Below the pieces are notes generated by a model. That model ran no database searches. It was not told the origin of the DNA and saw only the letters and a program-made list of their open reading frames with translations. Source: an uncultured Methylomonas sp. (lineage in GTDB: Bacteria > Pseudomonadota > Gammaproteobacteria > Methylococcales > Methylomonadaceae). From it: a stretch of DNA of 64,000 bases. Where the stretch lies: assembly GCA_936941155.1 (NCBI GenBank), contig CAKZJE010000047.1, forward strand, positions 11,154 to 75,153, given 5' to 3'. A program made the position numbers and the translations under genes. Each line of letters starts with the position of its first letter. The first letter of the stretch is position 1. Below are positions 19,495 to 28,578 of the stretch, piece by piece.

Positions 19495-19725
19495 TTATAA
19501 ATCCGTAATCTCAGGAACAAAAGCCTCTTCATATTGTTCAATTAAAACGCCTACTAGCTCCATTAATGACGCTAACGGGTGTTTTTCATTTTCCCCTACG
19601 GTATCAATTAAGCTATCCAACAATTCAACCGCTTGTGCGTAGTCACGTTCAGAATGCAAGACATGCACGAATTTTGACAGATTATTCCAAACAGGGGTTA
19701 TTTGTTCCAGATAAACGGCTGACAT
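19495..19725 (-). pseudogene. higA: HigA-like antitoxin, C-terminally truncated (HTH domain missing)
   Basis: It aligns to E. coli HigA residues about 15-76 (YTQALELVDHLL...PEF). It stops exactly at a family-R5 repeat, and no HTH region follows. Confidence 0.5.
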
Positions 19726-19726
19726 A

Positions 19727-20014
19727 TTATTCCTTCCATTTGTTTTTATCGTATTCGGCGTGAGTGAGGACATTGCGGATATAGATTCGGTGGCTGTTGT
19801 AGTGAATGGCGGCAATCAAGCGCACTTTGTTACCTGCAATGTTAAACACGGTGAGTTTGCCAACTTGGTCGGCGTGTGGGAATAGGGTTTTGAGTTCGTT
19901 AAACGAGTTAAAGTCGTTTGTTTTTACCACGCGATACCAATGTTGCAAGGCGGTTTTTACGTCAGGATATAAAACTGCAAAGTCGTTTAGCCGTTTTCGC
20001 GTGATGATGTGCAT
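19727..20014 (-). CDS. higB: HigB-family type II toxin (mRNA interferase)
   Basis: MHIITRKRLNDFA...VFNIAGNKVRLIAAIHYNSHRIYIRNVLTHAEYDK closely matches the HigB consensus. Confidence 0.8.
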   Translation of the reverse strand: MHIITRKRLNDFAVLYPDVKTALQHWYRVVKTNDFNSFNELKTLFPHADQVGKLTVFNIAGNKVRLIAAIHYNSHRIYIRNVLTHAEYDKNKWKE

Positions 20015-20027
20015 TATTTTACGTTTC

Positions 20028-20088
20028 GTTTTTGGCTTTTAACGCAAGAGGCGGCGCAATGCGTTTCACTATTGCACTTTACCGCGCT
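20028..20088. repeat. Repeat family R5, copy 2
   Basis: tttggcttttaacgcaagaggcggcgcaatgcgtttcactattgcactttaccgcgc. Confidence 0.6.
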
Positions 20089-20533
20089 AATTTAAAATAA
20101 TTTCCCAATCCTTTAACATCACAATATTTCCTAATTGCGAAGTTTTAGAAAAATGTCTTTTATCCGCAGTGACAAAATAGCAATTATTCAAAATTGCTAA
20201 AGCATGATAAACCGCATCATAAAATGATGGAAAGCCTGATTTATCATGTCCCATATCACAAATAGCTAAAGCTTTTTCAATGATTGGCGAGTTTAATTCA
20301 ATAAGCTGTAATCCTAAATTTTGTAATTTCGTAATAATGGCATAAATCTGTTGTATGTCAACTTTACTGACTTTAGCAACTGCCAAGACTTCATATAAAA
20401 ATAAGTTGGGGGCAAAAATTTCATAGGCTTGTGCCGTTAAATGATTAATTAATGCAATTGCTTTGTCTGTTTCAGGTTCTTGTAGAAACAGTTTATTAAA
20501 TACACAGGAATCTAAAACAATTTTATTTTCCAT
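20087..20533 (-). CDS. vapC: PIN-domain toxin (VapC-like)
   Basis: The acidic residues expected of a PIN fold are present (D8, E48, D104/D124-like positions). Confidence 0.7.
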   Translation of the reverse strand: MENKIVLDSCVFNKLFLQEPETDKAIALINHLTAQAYEIFAPNLFLYEVLAVAKVSKVDIQQIYAIITKLQNLGLQLIELNSPIIEKALAICDMGHDKSGFPSFYDAVYHALAILNNCYFVTADKRHFSKTSQLGNIVMLKDWEIILN

Positions 20534-20786
20534 GATTCAATAATTCGGTTAGTTCATGGTCTTTTCCTTCTCTTAACATGCGTGTCATTTCTTCGGAAGA
20601 TAAAGCGGCTTTAACCGGCTGAATGGCTTTTATCATTGCCATTAATTCCCGTTGCTGCTGTTTTCTTTTTTCCTGTAAAAGTTTGGCTTCTACCGCGTCT
20701 AATACAAATTGTTTTAAATCCTGTTGCGGTAAAGTTTCTTGCAAGTCAAAAAATAATTGGTCTGGAAATTCAATAGCGAGTTGCAT
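20523..20786 (-). CDS. Putative VapB-like antitoxin
   Basis: This 87-aa ORF overlaps the PIN gene start. Confidence 0.45.
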   Translation of the reverse strand: MQLAIEFPDQLFFDLQETLPQQDLKQFVLDAVEAKLLQEKRKQQQRELMAMIKAIQPVKAALSSEEMTRMLREGKDHELTELLNHGK

Positions 20787-20868
20787 TTTTTCCTTTAAAG
20801 ATTGATTTTCTTATTTAATTGTTTGCAAAAAAGGCGGATAAGTACCGCCTTTTGTGTTTTGGATTGTT

Positions 20869-20906
20869 ATGCGGCGCAATACGTTTCACTATTGCACCCT
20901 ACCGAG
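20869..20906. repeat. Repeat family R5, partial copy 3
   Basis: The sequence is gcggcgcaatacgtttcactattgcaccctaccgagc, and it forms the truncation junction of the second higB copy. Confidence 0.55.
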
Positions 20907-21096
20907 CTTTGTTACCTGCAATGTTAAACACGGTGAGTTTGCCAACTTGGTCGGCGTGTGGGAATAAGGTTTTGAGTTCGTTAAACGAGTTAAAGTCGTT
21001 TGTTTTTACCACGCGATACCAATGTTGCAAGGCGGTTTTTACGTCAGGATATAAAACTGCAAAGTCGTTTAGCCGTTTTCGCGTGATGATGTGCAT
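20899..21096 (-). pseudogene. higB: Truncated duplicate of higB (first 63 codons identical to 19727-20014)
   Basis: About 225 bp (20907-21130) are near-identical to 19814-20037. The coding region breaks at an R5 repeat. Confidence 0.7.
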
Positions 21097-21107
21097 TATT
21101 TTTCGTT

Positions 21108-21170
21108 TCGTTTTTGGCTTTTAACGCAAGAGGCGGCGCAATATGTTTTACTATTGCGCCCTACCGCGCT
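21108..21170. repeat. Repeat family R5, copy 4
   Basis: ttttggcttttaacgcaagaggcggcgcaatatgttttactattgcgccctaccgcgc. Confidence 0.6.
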
Positions 21171-21582
21171 ACGATTTTGCTTCCCAAAATGGTATCCAGT
21201 TTCGTACAGGCTTTGTATTTTCACAGTCTGAATGATAGCGTCTTGCCAAGTATTTATCTCCATCTTCTAAACCTTTCTTGTATTCACTTGTTGCATTAAG
21301 AGGTATATGTGTTGGTGTAAGTATAGCGACAAATACTGTGCCATCTTCAATCACTTTTATTTCAAATGGCTTCCAACCTACATAACCGCCCATCCCATTT
21401 TTAACATTAATTTCACTGCACCAAATCTTACGATTATCACTAGAAGTGATATTACGAAACATTGCTGAACCTGGGTCTATTAAATCACTATGCTTAATAA
21501 CCATATCCCGAAGATAATCTTCTGTTTTTGTGCAACCAGTAATAAATAAGCTAATAAGCAAAGTGATAATAAGTTTTTTCAT
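21169..21582 (-). CDS. Hypothetical lipoprotein (paralog of 22034-22510)
   Basis: It has the lipobox ITGC and a shared motif N(G/K)xGGY(V/I)G(W/Y)xPF(E/K)(I/V). Confidence 0.5.
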   Translation of the reverse strand: MKKLIITLLISLFITGCTKTEDYLRDMVIKHSDLIDPGSAMFRNITSSDNRKIWCSEINVKNGMGGYVGWKPFEIKVIEDGTVFVAILTPTHIPLNATSEYKKGLEDGDKYLARRYHSDCENTKPVRNWIPFWEAKS

Positions 21583-21655
21583 GGTTTAAAAATTAATTAA
21601 AAGGGTCGCAGTCAGCACGGTAGGGCGGATTGCAATCCGCCTTACGAGTTACGAG

Positions 21656-22009
21656 TTAAGGCACATCATCGGATTGTTTATCGCCACACTTTACTCCACT
21701 CTCAAAGGCATACCAATCATTCGCTACGAAAGATTTTAAGAGTTCTTTATCTTTTACTTTCCCTGAAGCATTCTTAGCGGAGATGATTACTTCACCTAGC
21801 TTTACAAACATGGAGGGATTAATAGCCTTAATAACCTCACTTAACGTAGAAACCTTATATTCTAAGTGTTTTAATGGGGATTTCGCGTCTTGTTTTGTTG
21901 GCGCATTCACGACCTCATCAACAAGTTGTCTAAGCTCTTTTAGTGTGCTGTCGTTCATAAGAACTCCTAATTTAATTAATACATAATACACGATTTTACA
22001 TATTATCAA
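21656..22009 (-). CDS. Hypothetical protein
   Basis: This is an ORF with no recognisable domain. Confidence 0.3.
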   Translation of the reverse strand: MIICKIVYYVLIKLGVLMNDSTLKELRQLVDEVVNAPTKQDAKSPLKHLEYKVSTLSEVIKAINPSMFVKLGEVIISAKNASGKVKDKELLKSFVANDWYAFESGVKCGDKQSDDVP

Positions 22010-22033
22010 GAGGCTGGATAATTTTTTACGAGT

Positions 22034-22510
22034 TTATTCGTCAATATCATCACAATATACATGTTCACCGCTATCAATTATTTCTACTTTCCATCCGTTT
22101 TTTGATTCAGCCAGGTTGACTTTAAACGGGATATATCCAATGTAGCCACCAAATTTATTTTTATAATTAACAAAACCACAATAAGTGATAGTAGTTATAT
22201 CCATAAATTTACAAACACTTTTATTTTTAGACCACTTAAAATGTGCTGAATACGGGTCATTTAATTTATTGCTTATATGTTTTTTTACTGCGTTTATTTG
22301 GCTTTTTGTTATAGGCTTTTCTGTGCAGACTTTCTCTGTAGGTCTAGTCTGAACTATAACTTTTGTTCTAACTATTTCCTTGTATTGAGTATTGTTGGGA
22401 GGCTCATCAGTATAATAAACCTCACCATTAGGAGCAACGTATCTATAAACATTACTTATCGCTATTTCTGGAAAAATCAAAGCAATTGTAATAAAAAGTA
22501 ATTTAATCAT
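22034..22510 (-). CDS. Hypothetical secreted protein (paralog of 21169-21582)
   Basis: It has a signal peptide and a conserved C-terminal domain shared with its paralog. Confidence 0.5.
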   Translation of the reverse strand: MIKLLFITIALIFPEIAISNVYRYVAPNGEVYYTDEPPNNTQYKEIVRTKVIVQTRPTEKVCTEKPITKSQINAVKKHISNKLNDPYSAHFKWSKNKSVCKFMDITTITYCGFVNYKNKFGGYIGYIPFKVNLAESKNGWKVEIIDSGEHVYCDDIDE

Positions 22511-22816
22511 TTTATGTTCCTTACCAATAGTTATTAATTAACTTTAATTATTTTTTATTTGTTTGATTTTATTCCATGCTGTCTATATTTGTTAATTCAT
22601 CTGGCGACACCAAAAAATTATCATACCATCCCTCATTATTATCTTAACGCTTTAAAAATACTTTTAAATTCAACTCTTTTGTTTAATTTAGCGTAAATTA
22701 AACAAACGATGTAAAAAATCAAAAAAGCTGATTTGCAATGGTTGCTTTTGTTGTTTTTAGGAGCTAAAGTCAATTATTGATTCAATTACGAATTCAATAA
22801 TAAAGGAGAAAAATAA

Positions 22817-22930
22817 ATGTTTAAATTCTTAGAGAAAGTGCTAGATAAATGTGGCTCTGGAACACTTATTAACATTATGTGTTTGAGCATTGCTTTAATA
22901 GCAATGATTATTTTACTAAAACAAAGTTAG
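22817..22930 (+). CDS. Small hydrophobic peptide (37 aa, MFKFLEKVLDKCGSGTLINIMCLSIALIAMIILLKQS)
   Basis: A strong RBS (aaaggagaaaaataaATG) precedes it, it has a single predicted TM helix, and it is followed by the hairpin ccacctttttt...aaggtgg. It was found manually. Confidence 0.3.
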   Translation: MFKFLEKVLDKCGSGTLINIMCLSIALIAMIILLKQS

Positions 22931-23133
22931 GGAAAACTAAAAATACCACCTTTTTATATTTTTAATGTGAGAAGGTGGCTTTACTATCCCATCGCTGCAT
23001 TTTGATTAGCCGCCGCGTAACTTCTGGTAAATTCAAAAACACTTCGCCTGAAACCCGCTAGGCGACTCTAACACAACGTTTCATCCTGAATCCGCGCCAC
23101 ATAAAACCCCGCGTGATAATTCGCAAAAGCCAC

Positions 23134-23355
23134 TTATGCTTTTAAAAACTCGTCAACACTCACATTGGCTTGTTTCAAAACCGCTTTTAGAGTTCCTTCT
23201 TTCAGCGTTTGATGATGCGGCAACGTTAAATACCGCCCGTCTTCACCATGTTTCCAAATCTCGTGACTGCCTTTTGCCTGTCGGTGTAACACAAAACCCA
23301 ACACATCTAGCTTGCGTGAAACATCCCGATAACTAAAACCTGATAAACGCCCCAT
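23134..23355 (-). CDS. hicA: HicA-family toxin (mRNA interferase)
   Basis: It shows the HicA/YcfA consensus (LGFVLHRQAKGSHEIWKH...). Confidence 0.8.
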   Translation of the reverse strand: MGRLSGFSYRDVSRKLDVLGFVLHRQAKGSHEIWKHGEDGRYLTLPHHQTLKEGTLKAVLKQANVSVDEFLKA

Positions 23356-23604
23356 TTAATAACCGACGACCAGCGCGTAATTTAATTTTTTCGGCACTGT
23401 CGGCAATTTATGCCATTCCTCACGCTTATCCTGCAAAATCAGTTTTGCTAAATCCTGAGCAATTTCAATTGTTTCAACTAAAGTTCGCCCTTCTGCTACT
23501 AAACCTTGAACATCAGAACTGGTAGCCAGATAGTAACTTTCACCATTTTCAACATGTTGTTCAATACTCAGTTTTATAATATGTTCCATAACATTTTCTC
23601 TCAT
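23356..23604 (-). CDS. hicB: HicB-family antitoxin
   Basis: It is an 82-aa protein of the UPF0150/HicB-like fold, immediately upstream of hicA. Confidence 0.65.
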   Translation of the reverse strand: MRENVMEHIIKLSIEQHVENGESYYLATSSDVQGLVAEGRTLVETIEIAQDLAKLILQDKREEWHKLPTVPKKLNYALVVGY

Positions 23605-23683
23605 TCATTTATAAATCAGGTCTACAGCAAAGTACAAATAAATCACTGCCCCATAAAACAAACCGGCTAAAAACCCCTTTTGC

Positions 23684-24088
23684 TTATAATTCCTTAAAGG
23701 GATTAATAATCAGCAACTTATTTTCAATTAATTGCCCATGCTGCATATCTTCTGAATACAACGTTGTGCAACTTGCCTCCAATGCGGTGGCAATAATCAA
23801 ACTATCGTAAAATGAAAACCGATACCGTTCCATTACTGTAATAGCTGAGATAACAGGTCTTGGCAACACAGCAACAACATCGCACTCCGCAATTAAGCGC
23901 ATTAAAATGGACTGCGTATCTTGCGGGGAAAATTTGAGCTTACGTTGCAGCGTATTGGCAGTTTCAGTTAAAACCTGTGTAGAAATAACCGGTTTTGCCG
24001 CGATAATTTTTAAAGCGAGCAGACGTTTATCGTCATCATCACTCACGCTATAAATGATAACGTTGGTATCAGCAAAGTTAGCGTTCAT
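23684..24088 (-). CDS. PIN-domain toxin (VapC-like), second module
   Basis: FADTNVIIY...D...E...SLIIATALE is a PIN signature. The start was trimmed to MNANFADTN. Confidence 0.6.
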   Translation of the reverse strand: MNANFADTNVIIYSVSDDDDKRLLALKIIAAKPVISTQVLTETANTLQRKLKFSPQDTQSILMRLIAECDVVAVLPRPVISAITVMERYRFSFYDSLIIATALEASCTTLYSEDMQHGQLIENKLLIINPFKEL

Positions 24089-24302
24089 TGGCTTCTTCGC
24101 GGTTAAACGTAAACTCTTGAAATCCGGTGCGATACGGTGCAAATGCGGTTTCAAGTTCGGCGACTTTGTCAACAGCAACAGCTTCAGTTTTGATGGCATA
24201 GCGTACTTTTAAATAGCCAATAAAATCCAAAACTTCGGCGCGTAAATTCTCCGGCAAGATTTGTGATTCGTGGTAAATCAGTTCGGCGGTATCAACTAAC
24301 AT
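24078..24302 (-). CDS. Putative antitoxin of the second PIN module
   Basis: This 74-aa ORF overlaps the PIN start. The start was chosen at MLVDTAEL. Confidence 0.4.
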   Translation of the reverse strand: MLVDTAELIYHESQILPENLRAEVLDFIGYLKVRYAIKTEAVAVDKVAELETAFAPYRTGFQEFTFNREEANER

Positions 24303-24494
24303 AATTATTTTCTCTTTATTATTGAGTTCAGGCGATTTGTAAGAAGTATAAATCACAGCCCCGTAAAACAAAACGGCTTAAAACCCTTCGGCGCATTATT
24401 GCTACGCCGTTTTTAACACATCATCTACATTGAGTTGCTTATAGATAAAAAACCGGATAACTTCAGCAGCATCCGGCTTTTTAACACCAACCTA

Positions 24495-24899
24495 TCAATC
24501 CTCCCGATAACACGCACTCGCACTCGCGGTTTCCCACAACACCACCTGATCGACATTAAAACCCTGCTGTTTAATATGCTGAAAAATCATTTTACTCAAC
24601 ACCTCAGCGGTCGGATGCTCCTCAATCGCCAAAAAACGCTCATTTTGCGCAATCAACATCGGAATAATCGGATCATTTTTATGCAGCAAAAAATTATGAT
24701 CTAAAACCTCATCCACAAAAGACTCAACACACGCCTTAATATCCGAAAAATCGCACACCATCCCTTGCTCATTCAGCTGCGCCTGTTTAATAGAAATCGC
24801 AGCCTTCACGCTATGACCATGTAAATTACGGCATTTGCCAGCGTGATTCATCAATCTATGACCGTAACAAAAATAAACTTCTTTAGTGATTATAAACAT
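24495..24899 (-). CDS. queD: 6-carboxy-5,6,7,8-tetrahydropterin synthase
   Basis: CxxxHGH and HGHS motifs are present (YFCYGHRL...CRNLHGHSV), consistent with the PTPS family. Confidence 0.8.
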   Translation of the reverse strand: MFIITKEVYFCYGHRLMNHAGKCRNLHGHSVKAAISIKQAQLNEQGMVCDFSDIKACVESFVDEVLDHNFLLHKNDPIIPMLIAQNERFLAIEEHPTAEVLSKMIFQHIKQQGFNVDQVVLWETASASACYRED

Positions 24900-24910
24900 A
24901 TTCTAACTAT

Positions 24911-25225
24911 TTAAAGGGAAAGGTAACCATCATCATGCAACACTGTCATACTGGCACTAATCACAAATGATTTGTCCTCCAAACTACGCACATTCACCAC
25001 TCTCACATGCGCTCGTAATGGCGGCGTGGCGGGGTGTTGCGATTGAATCGTCATCTCCAATTCATCATCGAGTTTTAATAATTTATTGGAAACAAAAGAA
25101 ACACCAGCCCCGCTTAATGTGGTACATCTACCTTTATAAACTTTATCGCTATTTAACAGCCGATATTCGATTTCGCAATCCACATTAATCCGAAAATACT
25201 CGCGCCTTTCATTAAACTCTACCAT
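24911..25225 (-). CDS. PilZ-domain protein
   Basis: It has RxxxR (RREYFRI) and a (D/N)xSxxG-like motif (LSGAGVSF). Confidence 0.6.
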   Translation of the reverse strand: MVEFNERREYFRINVDCEIEYRLLNSDKVYKGRCTTLSGAGVSFVSNKLLKLDDELEMTIQSQHPATPPLRAHVRVVNVRSLEDKSFVISASMTVLHDDGYLSL

Positions 25226-25418
25226 TATGATTTCTCCAGACTCTTGTCTCGTTGTTTCAAGGGTTACAAAGTGTACTATAAAAAAACCAGCGCGAATTGA
25301 TTTATTAACCCACTGAAAAGCCCAGAATTTAACAGCAATTGCGTGATATTCACTGACTATCTGTGCGTTTTTGTGTAAAATTTTGCCATATCCTATTGTT
25401 ACTATTTAAGAGTCAATT

Positions 25419-26435
25419 ATGAGTAAAGCAACCGTTCTTACAGGCATTACCACCACAGGCACACCGCATTTAGGCAATTACGTTGGCGCAATTCGCCCTG
25501 CCATTGCAGCCAGCAAAAATGATAATGTGCTGCCGTGTTATTTTTTGGCAGATTATCACGCCTTAATAAAATGCCAAGAACCGGAGCGCGTTAGACAATC
25601 GAGCTTAGAAATTGCCGCAACGTGGCTGGCTTTAGGACTGGACACTTCCAACGCGATTTTTTACCGGCAATCGGATGTGCCAGAAATCATGGAATTAACC
25701 TGGCTGCTCACTTGCGTGACGGCAAAAGGTTTAATGAACCGCGCTCATGCGTATAAAGCGGCAGTGGCTGAAAATGAACAAAGCGAAGACGGTGACACAG
25801 ATAAAGGCATCACAATGGGATTATTCAGTTATCCGATTTTGATGGCGGCCGATATTTTAATGTTTAACGCTCATAAAGTGCCGGTTGGTAAAGACCAAAT
25901 TCAACATATTGAAATGGCACGAGATATTGCCAGCCGTTTTAATCATATTTATGGCGAACATTTTGTGATTCCAGAAGCCGTTGTTGATGAAAATGCTGCG
26001 ACTTTATTAGGCTTAGATGGTCGGAAAATGAGCAAAAGCTATAACAACACCATTCCGTTGTTTGAGCCTGAAAATAAATTGAAAAAATTGATTAATAAAA
26101 TCAAAACCAATTCCTTAGAACCCGGCGAGCCGAAAGACCCTGAAACTTGCACGTTGTTCAGCACTTATCGCGCGTTTGCCCGTCCGAGTGAAGTGGAAGA
26201 AATTCGCAAACAATATGCTGAAGGAATTGGTTGGGGCGAGATGAAAAAAATCTTGTTTGAACACATTAACACACATATTGCGCCCGCTAGAGATCGATAT
26301 CAAGCCTTGATGCAAGCTCCTGAACATATTGAAGAAGAATTGCAAGAAGGTGCGAAAAAAGCCCGTGCCATCAGCCAGCCATTTATCAAAGAGTTGCGCA
26401 AAGCCGTTGGGATTGCCGCTATTTCTGCACGATAG
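25419..26435 (+). CDS. trpS: Tryptophan--tRNA ligase
   Basis: The class I motifs TGTPHLGNY (HIGH-like) and KMSKS are present, and the protein is full-length TrpRS-like. Confidence 0.9.
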   Translation: MSKATVLTGITTTGTPHLGNYVGAIRPAIAASKNDNVLPCYFLADYHALIKCQEPERVRQSSLEIAATWLALGLDTSNAIFYRQSDVPEIMELTWLLTCVTAKGLMNRAHAYKAAVAENEQSEDGDTDKGITMGLFSYPILMAADILMFNAHKVPVGKDQIQHIEMARDIASRFNHIYGEHFVIPEAVVDENAATLLGLDGRKMSKSYNNTIPLFEPENKLKKLINKIKTNSLEPGEPKDPETCTLFSTYRAFARPSEVEEIRKQYAEGIGWGEMKKILFEHINTHIAPARDRYQALMQAPEHIEEELQEGAKKARAISQPFIKELRKAVGIAAISAR

Positions 26436-26504
26436 TTTTGTCGTGAACGTCATAGCTATTTACACATCTTTAGTTTGAAAAATAGTTATATATCAATAGG
26501 ATAT

Positions 26505-26640
26505 TAAAATAGGTAGGTTGGGTTAGCGTTATTGAGCGAAGCGAGATAAGCGTAACCCAACATGCAGCGTTAAAATAAACGCACTTTGTTGGGTTACGCT
26601 CTTTTTTCTGACGAAAAAAGTAGCTAACCCAACCTACAAA
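26505..26640. repeat. Nested inverted-repeat element (outer IR aggtaggttgggttagcg / cgctaacccaacctac; inner IR gcgtaacccaac / gttgggttacgc)
   Basis: This is read directly from the sequence. Its termini resemble the family R3 TIR (tgtaggt...acctaca). Confidence 0.5.
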
Positions 26641-26765
26641 AACTCTTTATTATCAATGATTTTGTTATAAAAACTGTCAAACTATCTTGTGTAGATGCCT
26701 ATGCGTGAACGTAGTTCCGTTGTGTTTCAATGTCTCTACAGTATTACCCATTGAGTCAATCGCCA

Positions 26766-27472
26766 TGAACCATGAAGAGATTGTTTATAGCTTTAAATTA
26801 GAAACCGCAGAAATAAAGCAAGTTCATATCAGTTTAGAGCAAAACACCTTGAATCTTGTGCATCCAATTCCGCTGAAAAACTTACCCGCATGGACTCATC
26901 TTGACTTCAATCAATGCCCTAATTGCCCGTTAAAACATCGCCTCCATTGCCCGATTGCCGCGAATATTTCTGTGCTGGCAAGTTCCTTTACGCAGTATCC
27001 TTCTTATCAAAAATCCGAAGTTCATGTGCAAATGAACTCACGCAGCTGTGTGGAAACCACTGATGTGCAAAGCGCATTGAGTTCTATTTTAGGGATTTAT
27101 ATGGTGACTAGCGGCTGTCCTGTGATGGATAAATTACGCCCGATGGTGTATTTTCATTTACCCTTTGCTACGCCGTTAGAAACGCAATATCGTGCGATTA
27201 CCATGTATTTAGTGGCGCAATATTTGCGCAACAAACAAGGCAAAAAGCCTGATTGGGATTTAAAAGGCTTTATTAAAATGTATGCCGAAATTCAGAAAGT
27301 GAATTTTGCGTTTAGTAAACGCTTAAGTGAGATTGATGAAAACGCCACTAACAAATGCGCTTTGATTATTTTGGACGATATAGCGTCGTTGATTCACTTA
27401 AATTTTCAAATAAATGAAGAAATTCCGGCTGAATTAGAATCTATTTTTCAACATTTTTTGGATGAAATTTAA
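26766..27472 (+). CDS. Conserved hypothetical Cys-rich protein (CPNCP...HCP...SGCP), paralog 1
   Basis: It is about 55% identical to 27723-28448. The start was moved to MNHEE by alignment with the paralog. Confidence 0.5.
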
Positions 27473-27722
27473 AGGCAATTTCAAAAAAACAACCTGCTTA
27501 CAACTTCAGTATTTAGAGGCGCAACTATCTATATTATATTGCAAGCAAGTAATTGATTTATTATGATTTTTAGAAACGAAAAACCTTGCGTCTCTACGCT
27601 AAAAGCAACGTACTAGCAAAAGTTTGGACGATTTTTGTAGTCTAACACGGATGCTCACGCAATCACCGCCACCTTAAAATGTACGTTTACGCACTTATCA
27701 ATCGCTCTATTTTGAGTACATT

Positions 27723-28448
27723 ATGATGCCTGAAGAAAATACCCATTATGAATACCGCTTTACCCTTGACTCAGGGGAAACCAAAACTATTGAGGTTTGC
27801 TTAAATACAGAAACACTGGCGATTATTTGCCCGCCTGCTGATGCGCCACTGCCAGACTGGACGCGGCTTGAATACAGCCAATGCCCAAATTGCAATTTAT
27901 CGGCTAAAACACACACGCATTGTCCGATTGCTGTGAATATTTCAACCGTTGCCGATGCTTTTAGCGAACTCAGTTCTTTTCAGCAGGCAAAAGTTTCTGT
28001 GCAAGGCAATTCTCGACTGTTTATTAAAACTACCGATATTCAGACCGCATTAAGTTCAATTTTAGGAATCTATATGGTGACTAGCGGCTGTCCGATTATG
28101 GATAAATTGCGTCCGATGGTGCGTTTTCATTTGCCATTTGCCACATCGCTGGAAACGCAATATCGCGCGATTTCCATGTATTTAGCCGCTCAATATTTGC
28201 GCTATAAAAAAGGCAAAAAGCCCGATTGGGCGTTAAAAGGTTTTGTGAAAATGTACGAAGAAGTGCACAAAGTTAATGTGGCGTTTACCAATCGCCTCAA
28301 TGCCGTTGATAAATGTGATGCCAATAATAGTGCGCTGATTGTATTAGATAGCTGCGCTGAGTTGATTAATTTTAATTTTGAAATGGATGAAGAAGTGCCC
28401 AAAGAATTGGAAGGAATTTTTAAGCCGTTTACAAATAGCGCACTTTAA
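27723..28448 (+). CDS. Conserved hypothetical Cys-rich protein, paralog 2
   Basis: It is a tandem paralog with conserved CxxC, HCPIA, MVTSGCP and RPMVxFHLPFAT motifs. Confidence 0.55.
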   Translation: MMPEENTHYEYRFTLDSGETKTIEVCLNTETLAIICPPADAPLPDWTRLEYSQCPNCNLSAKTHTHCPIAVNISTVADAFSELSSFQQAKVSVQGNSRLFIKTTDIQTALSSILGIYMVTSGCPIMDKLRPMVRFHLPFATSLETQYRAISMYLAAQYLRYKKGKKPDWALKGFVKMYEEVHKVNVAFTNRLNAVDKCDANNSALIVLDSCAELINFNFEMDEEVPKELEGIFKPFTNSAL

Positions 28449-28486
28449 AAACCCAAGTTGTTGTATAACAAAAACATTATCACCCA

Positions 28487-28518
28487 AACCTTTCAGGTCT
28501 TTAAGACCTGAAAGGTTT
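28487..28518. repeat. Palindromic element family R2 (aaacctttcaggtctttaagacctgaaaggtttt), likely terminator
   Basis: It is a second copy of the hairpin at 15310-15341. Confidence 0.6.
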
Positions 28519-28578
28519 TACGCCCAGAATGCTATTCACTAGCACTTCACTTTTTAATTCACCTCACAGGAACATATC

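Noticed and set aside
19430-21170. The possibility that the regularly recurring R5 repeats form a CRISPR array.
   Set aside because: There are only four copies, with spacing of about 600, 840 and 240 bp (unequal). The 'spacers' contain protein-coding genes, and the repeats are about 60 bp with divergent ends. This is not CRISPR-like.
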